A stretch of 64,000 bases of DNA from a virus (Duplodnaviria > Caudoviricetes). The notes beneath the pieces were generated by a model, which was not told where the DNA came from, ran no database searches, and worked only from the letters and a program-made list of their open reading frames with translations. Location: IMG/VR virus record IMGVR_UViG_3300034061_004620, one strand, 5' to 3'. The stretch's first letter is position 1. Every line of letters begins with the position of its first letter. Shown piece by piece: positions 56,027 to 64,000 of this stretch. Position numbers and translations under genes: made by a program.

Positions 56027-57395
56027 GATATCGGCATTCTTCCCAAAATTCTTTCATTTCCGGGAATGTATTTAAAAAGTTTGTATCTCTTCGTTTGTCG
56101 TGCTCGTTAAAGAATCTAAAAAAATCAGCACGTTGCATTATAACATATTCTTGATCTAATTTGCTACCTTCTTGCATCCAATCTACCACTCGTTGCATTC
56201 TTTGCACTTCGTAATCTTTAAATCCTTGAAATGGTTTATCTTCAGTTTCTAAATTGGCCTGCATCCAATTGACCACATCTTGTAATCGTTTTGCATATAC
56301 AGGTGGTAATATCTGTAAGCTTTGCCAGGTAGGTTGTCTGAGTATGGGTGTATCAAACCAAACTCGTTGATATGTTGTACTGTGTAACCTTCGTAAAGCA
56401 AGAACAGTTTCTAATTGTCTTTTTAAACCTAACACACTTAGATTATTCATAGTAATAATGAATGTTAGACTGTTACGATAAGGAATGTGTCTTAAGAAAT
56501 AATCAACTCTTGCTAAAACTCTTTTATATTCCATTCCATGTCTGATATATTCGGCATGTTCGGCTATTCCGGTATCCAAACTTACATACTGCATGAAATG
56601 TTCAATATTTGTGTTACATAATTGGCTTACATAGCCAAAGTATTGTTCCCATAACTTTTCATCTACACTAAAGTTACTGGTCACATCAATATGCAAATCA
56701 GGTTTAGGAAAGGCCAACACATAGTCAAACACTCGATATGTATTACGATCCATTAGGGGTTCGCCGCCGGTCATTCTAAAATGTTTTAGTCGTGGATATA
56801 AACTGGGCCACCACTCCCAGAATGCATCAACATAAGGGTTATCTTCTCGAACAGGAATAGGTCGTCGGCGACCGGTAAAATGGGAAACATCATTATGAGT
56901 AGTGCTGGTGGGATATCCTCCATAACGTCTAATTTCATCATCCCAGCTACTACTAAACTGAGGACTACAATAGGAACACTTGAGATTGCAAGCATGATTA
57001 AAATTGACTTCCACATAGGAAGGAATAGCATCTTCATCGCCTGATGAGTTCGTGATGGTTTCAAAATGCTCACTTGCCCACGGTTCACCTGATCGGTAAT
57101 GTCTATCACTTAAATTCCCCAAATCTTCTTGTGTCCAACAATAACTGCATTCCTGTGGACGTTCGTTGCGTAGCATAATTTTACGCTGTTCTTTTTTGTA
57201 TGGTGTGTTATGTAACGCACCGGGATTGTCTTTTAATAGTGTGGCGTCTATTTCATGTAATGGTGGATGATAGCAACTGTTTGTTAGACCTGTGGGTAAG
57301 TGTAGACTTACTTGTTGCCATTTAGCAAGGCAAAGACTATTACCAAGTCTGTCTTTCATATTTTCAGCAAGATTTAAAAAATCACTTTTAACCAT
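56013..57395 (-). CDS. Radical SAM with N-terminal SPASM/twitch-like domain
   Basis: CLAKW..SCYHP..CSYC; CNLKCSYC; GGEP. Confidence 0.9.
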   Translation of the reverse strand: MVKSDFLNLAENMKDRLGNSLCLAKWQQVSLHLPTGLTNSCYHPPLHEIDATLLKDNPGALHNTPYKKEQRKIMLRNERPQECSYCWTQEDLGNLSDRHYRSGEPWASEHFETITNSSGDEDAIPSYVEVNFNHACNLKCSYCSPQFSSSWDDEIRRYGGYPTSTTHNDVSHFTGRRRPIPVREDNPYVDAFWEWWPSLYPRLKHFRMTGGEPLMDRNTYRVFDYVLAFPKPDLHIDVTSNFSVDEKLWEQYFGYVSQLCNTNIEHFMQYVSLDTGIAEHAEYIRHGMEYKRVLARVDYFLRHIPYRNSLTFIITMNNLSVLGLKRQLETVLALRRLHSTTYQRVWFDTPILRQPTWQSLQILPPVYAKRLQDVVNWMQANLETEDKPFQGFKDYEVQRMQRVVDWMQEGSKLDQEYVIMQRADFFRFFNEHDKRRDTNFLNTFPEMKEFWEECRYHAQN

Positions 57396-57837
57396 GTTGC
57401 CATTCTAAACGATTAACATCAAATTGATTCCCTAACTCTAACATATATCCTAATGGCGAAGACCCAGTTAGATGCATAGTAATACAACCGTTAAATCCCC
57501 AATAATTTTCATGTGTAATGGTTTTATTTCCTTCCCGCTGACAATAAAATAATTTGTCAATCATATCAATATGAATTGCAAATCCATTAATTAAAATTCC
57601 CACGATTTCTACGGCTTTATCAGCAACAACCTTACCTTTATGAAAAACTGTATCACCATTGTTTTTATTAGAAGAATAAATGGTAATTACTGAAGGCCAA
57701 TTTACTGTAAAACTTATTTGCCTATGATCGTTATCAAAACTATCCTCTTCAAAGACCAATATATCTTTATCATAGATTTTAAGAGCCATTGATCCGTTAT
57801 TATTTTTTATCTTGGTTAAAAATGTTATATTAACCAT
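57388..57837 (-). CDS. Hypothetical beta-rich protein coupled to the B12 radical SAM
   Basis: 149 aa; ends NGFAIH..YWGFNG. Confidence 0.55.
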   Translation of the reverse strand: MVNITFLTKIKNNNGSMALKIYDKDILVFEEDSFDNDHRQISFTVNWPSVITIYSSNKNNGDTVFHKGKVVADKAVEIVGILINGFAIHIDMIDKLFYCQREGNKTITHENYWGFNGCITMHLTGSSPLGYMLELGNQFDVNRLEWQHG

Positions 57838-59245
57838 ATTGTGTTATTTCCTGCTGAGTAGATTTAAAAGTTAGACCGTCGCCTGCACCATGTGAAAAAT
57901 TTAATTGTGAAAGAATAGTTGTTAATGACTTGTGATAATTTAATCTATCTTGTGTAGATACGTTATTAACGTTTGAAATCCAGTAAGTTGGAATTTCACC
58001 TTGTGTTATATTATAATCTTTTTTCTTTCTATCTAATTCGGTGTTTGGCAAAATTGAAGCGAGACTGAATACTACATTCTTTACAGGAAATCGAGCATAC
58101 TGTTTTCTATCTATAAACCATTTTTTTGTGAATTCAAAATCTTCTTTTGTTTCTGTTGGATATCCAACAATTAACAATAGGTTTAAAGGTATTGAAAATT
58201 CTTTAGCCATTTCTAAATGATAATCAATGTCATCGTTAGTGAAGTTTTTTCCTAAATTTATTCTAACTTTTTCTATGACGCTTTCTATTCCTAACAATAG
58301 ACTCCCATTGCTTTCTTTAATTTTTTGCCATAATGTTCTTGGATGTTGATTTTGACCTCTAACTATAAAATAACCGTCCCATGAGATTACATTTGTAGCT
58401 TTGGAATTGTATTCACAAATATAATCTAACAGTTTATTAAACTCTTTCATATTTCCGTTAGTAAGACTATTATAAAAGAAAAAATTTGAAATTTTATATT
58501 TTTCAATTTGGTGCAACATTTCGGAAAAAATATTACTTGCAGATCGATATTGGTATTTTTTCCAATGTTCGATAATATCACAAAATTCGCATGCCCTCAC
58601 ACAGCCTCTACTATCACAAATTGGGATTCCACATTCTTTATATTGTTGAAAATTATAATTATCAAAATTAGGAAATGGAAGATTGTTTAAATCAGTTATT
58701 TGTTGCCAATTTGCAGAGTTAATTCCCGGAAACGACATATTATTCTTCAAATATTGAACTAAACTATATTCCCCATCACCATTTATATAATCATCAATTA
58801 AATTTCTTTCCTTTAGTAGCTCTGCATAACCAATACTTGATTCTGCAATGAAATTTTTAATACCACTGCCCCCAATAATAATTTTTACATTTGGCGCACG
58901 AAATCTAAGATGATAGCATAACCAGATTGTAAAAAATTGATTATCCTGACATAATAAAGATAATGCAATAATTTTTGGGTTAAATGAAATTATCCTATTT
59001 GTACAAAATTCAATAAAAGATTCAATTGCTGCATAATTTTCGCTTGGAATTTCTTGAAATAATAAAAAGTTTTCTAATATTTTCGTGTCTTTACTGTGTC
59101 TAATATACAAATTCGCTTCATTATTAAGATCTATTGCTACAGCAGAAAAACCAGCCGCAATAACCGATGATTTTAAAACTGCCGGTGCTAACACCGGCCT
59201 GGAACTAAAAGTTCCGGCGGTTGAACATATCAAGACGTCAATCAT
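57830..59245 (-). CDS. B12-binding-domain (class B-like) radical SAM protein
   Basis: IIIGGSG, NGDGE, DSRGCVRACEFCD, GIES, IVGYPTET. Confidence 0.85.
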   Translation of the reverse strand: MIDVLICSTAGTFSSRPVLAPAVLKSSVIAAGFSAVAIDLNNEANLYIRHSKDTKILENFLLFQEIPSENYAAIESFIEFCTNRIISFNPKIIALSLLCQDNQFFTIWLCYHLRFRAPNVKIIIGGSGIKNFIAESSIGYAELLKERNLIDDYINGDGEYSLVQYLKNNMSFPGINSANWQQITDLNNLPFPNFDNYNFQQYKECGIPICDSRGCVRACEFCDIIEHWKKYQYRSASNIFSEMLHQIEKYKISNFFFYNSLTNGNMKEFNKLLDYICEYNSKATNVISWDGYFIVRGQNQHPRTLWQKIKESNGSLLLGIESVIEKVRINLGKNFTNDDIDYHLEMAKEFSIPLNLLLIVGYPTETKEDFEFTKKWFIDRKQYARFPVKNVVFSLASILPNTELDRKKKDYNITQGEIPTYWISNVNNVSTQDRLNYHKSLTTILSQLNFSHGAGDGLTFKSTQQEITQYG

Positions 59246-59910
59246 ACTATAAAAAAAATTAGAAATTGCTTCACTAATCCAAATTTAGCAAAGTTATTAC
59301 TTATATGCCATTGATTGCGGTCCCATACTAAAATATCTCCTAATGTATGCCGATAGTCAATGTCAATTGGCAATTTTTTTATCAAGGAAAAATTTTTATC
59401 ATGATCAAAATCAGTAAGAACTAAATTATTTTCATCCGTAGAGTTCTGCACCATTTGCTCGTAACTTGGATTAAAATCAGACCATACCTTAAAGGTAATT
59501 GTACGAAAATTGTCCCCTTCAACTAACGGAATCAGAACTGCTTTGTTATGCCTTATAGTTTTTGATCCAAAGCTCATACAATCGGGATAAAGATCTTGTT
59601 GCTTACGACTGTCTACATGTAAAATATAAGGTTTTTTACTTGATTTATATGATCCGGTATCAAATTCGTGATCATTTCCAATTATTTCATTTAATATTGG
59701 ATTCATTGTTTTGTAAATAAAATTTTCTGGTATATGGTATTCAAGATTTTTATTTACAATTCCCACTTCTGCGTGTTGTTCAGGTTGGTTTTTGTAAAAT
59801 TCTTTTATTGACTCTATTGTCTTTAGCTCAAGTATATTTTTGTAAACTTTACTTTTATGATTGTTCATTATAATCCTATTTTGGTTATATTTTTTAGAAA
59901 ATATTACCAA
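59242..59910 (-). CDS. Putative 2OG-Fe(II) oxygenase-like protein
   Basis: LHVDS (HxD) and GDILVWDRNQWHIS (distal His). Confidence 0.55.
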   Translation of the reverse strand: MVIFSKKYNQNRIIMNNHKSKVYKNILELKTIESIKEFYKNQPEQHAEVGIVNKNLEYHIPENFIYKTMNPILNEIIGNDHEFDTGSYKSSKKPYILHVDSRKQQDLYPDCMSFGSKTIRHNKAVLIPLVEGDNFRTITFKVWSDFNPSYEQMVQNSTDENNLVLTDFDHDKNFSLIKKLPIDIDYRHTLGDILVWDRNQWHISNNFAKFGLVKQFLIFFIV

Positions 59911-60851
59911 CCTTCTATTCTACGTATGACATCAATTTCTGTCATCATTATTTCACTATTACGCTGCCCAATACTGTAGTGATGTTTAAAAAATTCACTT
60001 TGCTTGGGTGTGTAAGTTACTATAGGTAAACCCAATCTGTTTGTCAATGCACTTTCTATTCTTTCGCATCCTTCCTGGGGATCTTCAGTGCTAAAACTGG
60101 TCCATAGTTTTTCAAGCATATCAAAGTCCTGTACATGATGATGATCCCATCCTTCAAGCATAATCATGTATGTGCCTAATCTTGCTCCATACATTGCCCA
60201 GTAACCATTTTCAACGTCTGCACCCACTGAGTGCCAAATACATAAATGATCATAGTTTCTTTTATTCACCCCATCTTCAAATTCTTGTAAAGTGGGCTTG
60301 TGTCCTCTGTTAAGACACATCTTTACACCTTCACGGAATCCGGCTCGCCATGCTTGTTTGGCACTGCCATTGGGATATGTTGTCGAATAACAATTATGCA
60401 TAGCCACATACTTTGGGTCAAAACAAAATTCAACAGCAGTTTCTTCATCGCCCAGGCTGGCCTCATGAGTACGCATACGATTTACAAAGTCCTTGGTCCA
60501 ACAACTAACACCACCGTTGCCATACCTTAACCCATTTATAACATTACGTGCTTTCCATCTAAAAACGTGGTCATGATTCCGTTCATCCAGCGATAATTGT
60601 AAGTTAAAAAATTCTGGATCCGGAATATTGTCTCCATCAACGAGAACAAAACGGTCTGTGTCTGACGCAGCGGCGGCTGCTTTATGCGCTGCATCAGACC
60701 CTTTAACTCCATCAACTCTCTTTGCCCATGGCACCATGTTTTGAATTTGGATCCAAAATTCTTCTTTTTTAGGTTCATCATAGGTTAAGAAAATACAATC
60801 TAAATCTGCTATGTCAACAATTTTAGCCGCTGTAGAATTCTGTGCTGTCAT
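59904..60851 (-). CDS. GT-A-like protein, paralog family B
   Basis: FLTYDEP, RVDGVKGSDAAH, LVDGD (DxD), YGNGG, AWRAGFREG. Confidence 0.6.
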   Translation of the reverse strand: MTAQNSTAAKIVDIADLDCIFLTYDEPKKEEFWIQIQNMVPWAKRVDGVKGSDAAHKAAAAASDTDRFVLVDGDNIPDPEFFNLQLSLDERNHDHVFRWKARNVINGLRYGNGGVSCWTKDFVNRMRTHEASLGDEETAVEFCFDPKYVAMHNCYSTTYPNGSAKQAWRAGFREGVKMCLNRGHKPTLQEFEDGVNKRNYDHLCIWHSVGADVENGYWAMYGARLGTYMIMLEGWDHHHVQDFDMLEKLWTSFSTEDPQEGCERIESALTNRLGLPIVTYTPKQSEFFKHHYSIGQRNSEIMMTEIDVIRRIEGW

Positions 60852-61170
60852 ATGTTTCTTTTTCTTCTAAAAGTAATGCCGCATGATTTTTTACTACTTG
60901 ATAACCGCTTGTGCTTGGATGTAACTGAACTCTATATCCAGGATCGTGTACAATTTTTCTCAGTTTACCATTTATTACTCGATCATATCTAAAATAATTG
61001 TCGTAAGTTTCTTTATCAACTACAATATAATTAGAATTGACAGGATGATCAATCATTGTACAACTCACAATAGATCCTTTACTGTCGTAGTGTATTCTAT
61101 ATTCTATTTTTTGTTGTGGAATATCACGAATCAAGCCAATGGCTGCAATCAACTCAGGAGGTATGTTCAT
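60823..61170 (-). CDS. Hypothetical protein
   Basis: ATAAATA on the - strand just upstream (61174-61180). Confidence 0.6.
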   Translation of the reverse strand: MNIPPELIAAIGLIRDIPQQKIEYRIHYDSKGSIVSCTMIDHPVNSNYIVVDKETYDNYFRYDRVINGKLRKIVHDPGYRVQLHPSTSGYQVVKNHAALLLEEKETYDSTEFYSG

Positions 61171-61987
61171 ATCTATTTATTATGCTGTCAGTTGGCCAAT
61201 GTTTTACATGGTAGTGTACAGGATTATATTGATTGAGATTATTAATCCTTACAATTGGCGGATCTACTTCACATACAACCAATTCGTTCCAATCAACCTG
61301 TCCGGGCCAATTTTGTACATGAGTTTTCATATGTACAAAATTAAAAAAATCTAAACTGGGAACGGTGCAATTTTCTACCCCCGTTATTTTTGCTGCCAGT
61401 GCATAGATTACATCAGTGCTGGGACGATCTTCTCTGCAGTTTTTTAACACATTATCTTTTAAATAATCATAATGCTGATAAAGTTTTTTAGCTGTGTTAA
61501 AAAAAAGTGCGGCTTCTTGTGAGTATCTGTAGTACATCATACCATTATAGATATTTGGCAAATCATTATCAGACCAAAATTTTCTATATTCCGTGTCAAC
61601 AACAACTGTGTCCTCAATATTACGACAATTTGTACTTAAAACAATATTACGCAATCTGAGTGCATGCCACCAGTGTTCAATATTTCGAGTGATAATAAGA
61701 TCTGATTCAAGTTTGATTGTTTCCTTAAATGGAGTAAGCCAAAATAAATCTGGTTCTACTTCCATCGGCCATTCGCTATCTCTACCTTCCACTACATAAT
61801 CAAATACTTTTTCAATTTTAGAGGTTACATTTTTCTTGGTCTTAAAATCAACCACTACAGCCGTTTTGGCATTAGGCATAGTCGTCTTGATACTCATTGC
61901 CTGTAGATAAGCCAATTCTAAATAATCTACTTTATTTGAACTGTAGGCTAAAGTTAAAAATCCTTGTTGTTCTTTGTGATTAAACAT
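61154..61987 (-). CDS. GT8-like protein, paralog family C
   Basis: GFLTLA..DYLELA, TPFKETIKLESD, IYNGMMYY. Confidence 0.55.
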   Translation of the reverse strand: MFNHKEQQGFLTLAYSSNKVDYLELAYLQAMSIKTTMPNAKTAVVVDFKTKKNVTSKIEKVFDYVVEGRDSEWPMEVEPDLFWLTPFKETIKLESDLIITRNIEHWWHALRLRNIVLSTNCRNIEDTVVVDTEYRKFWSDNDLPNIYNGMMYYRYSQEAALFFNTAKKLYQHYDYLKDNVLKNCREDRPSTDVIYALAAKITGVENCTVPSLDFFNFVHMKTHVQNWPGQVDWNELVVCEVDPPIVRINNLNQYNPVHYHVKHWPTDSIINRYEHTS

Positions 61988-62813
61988 TATTAATCAGTTG
62001 TAAATAATTTTCAGTTAACAAATATTGCTTGTGCATTACGTGTATATTATGTTTCGGAATCATGTAAGCTTTGTCGGGAGTTCGTATTATTAACATGTTA
62101 TCCTTTATGTTTATTGCAGTGATTTCTTCGGATATAGTAAGCATGTGCCACGGAATGAGATTTCGTTTGTCAATACTATACCCATTAAGTATAATATTTG
62201 CCATTGCAAATGCAAAGTCGTTTCTGTATTGTGCGCCATCAACATTAAATAAACTTCTATAATAGCCCCAGTTTCTTTGTATACGCCCAACCAGATTAAA
62301 AAATAGTTTGCTTTTGGGTGTCTTTCTAAATAAAACTACTGTAGCCCAAACATACGGTAGTCCAATATTTCCCATTCGCGCAGGCATTGAATGTTTAAAA
62401 TCGTTACTCTTGCCCTGTATCAAATAATCATACGTCTGATCAAATAGTTTTAGCAATGAGGTATCTAATACCACATAATCTGTATCAATCATGAGAGTAT
62501 TATCATAAGGCGTATGTTGATAAACACTATGCCTATGAAAATTTTTCCATTGCACCTGTTTTTTTGTAACAACATCTGTGCGTTGATTCTGCCCGGTATA
62601 ATCCAATCGTATCACATGATCGTAATTAAACTTTGGAGAAGAAGTTTTATCTGTTATTAAAGTCACAGGTAACTTTAATAATTTAGAAACAAGTAACGCA
62701 CATCTATCTGCTATAGCAACGTAATCAACTGAATCCGTATTAAAAGCAAATAACACAACGCCTTTAGATTCTTCGCTGTTTCTTGAGATATTCATGTTGT
62801 TGATGCCACTCAT
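61980..62813 (-). CDS. GT8-like protein, paralog family C
   Basis: GVVLFA..DYVAIA, TPYDNTLMIDTDY (DxD), WATVVLF, YRNDFAF. Confidence 0.6.
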   Translation of the reverse strand: MSGINNMNISRNSEESKGVVLFAFNTDSVDYVAIADRCALLVSKLLKLPVTLITDKTSSPKFNYDHVIRLDYTGQNQRTDVVTKKQVQWKNFHRHSVYQHTPYDNTLMIDTDYVVLDTSLLKLFDQTYDYLIQGKSNDFKHSMPARMGNIGLPYVWATVVLFRKTPKSKLFFNLVGRIQRNWGYYRSLFNVDGAQYRNDFAFAMANIILNGYSIDKRNLIPWHMLTISEEITAINIKDNMLIIRTPDKAYMIPKHNIHVMHKQYLLTENYLQLINNV

Positions 62814-63078
62814 TCATGACCGTTTGATAATGTTGTTGTGCAGTTACTAAAAAAACTTGTCTGTCAATTTTGATAGGATTTTCATAAACATCTTCCAAGT
62901 ATAATTCATCAACAGGCCAAGTTTTAACAAAAGCTAATAATTCTGGTGTAATTTTAAATAATCCACCATTATGCGTCATGTGTAGGTCAGTTTGAATCTT
63001 TTCTCGAAGAGTTCTTTTATTGGCCTGATAGTCGGTTGCCTGCTTAATTTCGGCGACTAAGTCATCTAATTCGTTCAT
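62764..63078 (-). CDS. Hypothetical protein
   Basis: 104 aa; in tandem. Confidence 0.6.
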   Translation of the reverse strand: MNELDDLVAEIKQATDYQANKRTLREKIQTDLHMTHNGGLFKITPELLAFVKTWPVDELYLEDVYENPIKIDRQVFLVTAQQHYQTVMNEWHQQHEYLKKQRRI

Positions 63079-63149
63079 AGTAAAAAGAGAAATGGGTAGA
63101 TGTTTATTTTACATTCTACCCATAATAAAGTCAAATAATTAGTTGCTAA

Positions 63150-63998
63150 TTATCCGAGAGTTACTGTACCCCAGGAATTGGTCAAATTTGTTGTTTCTGG
63201 ATATATTATATCAATTCTATTAGGAATGGTAATATTAATAGTATCGTTATATCCACCGTCCAAAGTTGATTGAGCTGCTGATGTAAGCGTTATCACAAAG
63301 GTTATAATTGTTCCATTATCAGAATTGGCACCTTGGACGCCATTTGATCGAGCAACGATTGTGACGGTGTCACTTGGGTACGCAGTATACGGACTGGAAC
63401 TCGCTGTCAAACTCACAATAGTTTGATTAAGTGTGGTCAAATCATAATATCCAATAGACGTGTCATTGGTGTTTTGTGTCTGACCTGATCCTGTTCGCCC
63501 ACCATTGGTTAGAGATCTGAATGCAGTTACACCTCCAGCGGCAGTAGCCATGGTAATTAAGCCAGCGCCGCGCCCTGTTGCTCCAGTATTTGTACCAGCA
63601 CCAATAATTAAATTTAATTGACCGCCACTGTTAAAAAAATACCTTGCGGCATCTCCTGAAGAAAAAGTAGCTGTACGTGTAATTGTTAGTGTTTGTGCTG
63701 CTGCGCCTGTTACATTAAGAACTGAATTAGTAGTTGTTCCGGTAGTAGTTGTACCTTGTGTAGCAAAATTTAGTCTGTTTGTGTAACTGGTATTAATATT
63801 TGTAGCAAGTGTAGACAGATGATTTATTCTATCTCCGGAGACAACGGCAGAAATACCAGAACCTGATCCGCTTTGATGTGTTAATGCACTGTTCAAAGTA
63901 TTAATCAAGCTTGCCCATTGCGTAGCTGTTACAGTATTTCCAGCCGCTACAGCAGATATCGCAGTCTGGCCATAACCAGCATTACCTGAACCAGTAGA
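63150..63998 (-). CDS. 5'-truncated Thr/Gly/Ser-rich virion structural-like protein
   Basis: The frame stays open to the window edge (..GNAGYGQTAISAVAAGNTVTATQWASLIN..); fibre/baseplate-like composition. Confidence 0.65.
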   Translation of the reverse strand, partial: STGSGNAGYGQTAISAVAAGNTVTATQWASLINTLNSALTHQSGSGSGISAVVSGDRINHLSTLATNINTSYTNRLNFATQGTTTTGTTTNSVLNVTGAAAQTLTITRTATFSSGDAARYFFNSGGQLNLIIGAGTNTGATGRGAGLITMATAAGGVTAFRSLTNGGRTGSGQTQNTNDTSIGYYDLTTLNQTIVSLTASSSPYTAYPSDTVTIVARSNGVQGANSDNGTIITFVITLTSAAQSTLDGGYNDTINITIPNRIDIIYPETTNLTNSWGTVTLG

Positions 63999-64000
63999 CC

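Noticed and set aside
49263-57395. RiPP (ranthipeptide/sactipeptide) cluster
   Set aside because: No Cys-rich precursor, RRE/PqqD domain, peptidase or exporter was seen.
793-62262. Many short antisense or alternate-frame ORFs in the track (e.g. 1439, 3605, 4214, 9662, 29799, 42344, 55396)
   Set aside because: They lie wholly within well-supported genes and have no RBS or motif; they are shadow ORFs.
1-64000. Bacterial chromosome or LPS/capsule locus
   Set aside because: The T4-like replication genes, dense small unknown ORFs, late-type motifs and virion-like gene, together with the lack of transporters, ribosomal genes or Wzx/Wzy, point to a phage.
1-64000. tRNA genes, CRISPR array, transposases, stop-codon recoding
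   Set aside because: No cloverleaf, spaced direct repeats or transposase motif was seen; known genes are intact under the standard code. This was a scan by eye, so tRNAscan-SE should confirm.

Overview
This is a gene-dense segment of a large tailed-phage genome. The evidence is a family B DNA polymerase, a gp45-like clamp candidate, a T4 RNase H-like nuclease, ThyA/DHFR/dCMP deaminase, short overlapping ORFs, sigma70-like promoters, TAAATA late-type motifs and a virion-like protein at the right end. Positions 1-40.9 kb are almost all + strand. They hold replication and nucleotide genes, a 7-deazaguanine DNA-modification set (DpdA-type transglycosylase, DpdL-like, FolE, QueD, QueE; no QueC or QueF seen in the window) interleaved with sugar enzymes, and a MoxR/VWA pair. 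Positions 40.9-64 kb are a - strand block of glycosyltransferase-like, SGNH-like, carbamoyltransferase, APS-kinase-like and radical SAM genes that runs from a structural gene. Ten radical SAM genes are present, seven of them paralogs with an N-terminal auxiliary Cys domain. Two intergenic stretches look like structured RNAs, one of them directly upstream of queD. All family assignments come from motifs read by eye; no database search was run. No tRNA, CRISPR array, intein or transposase was recognised.
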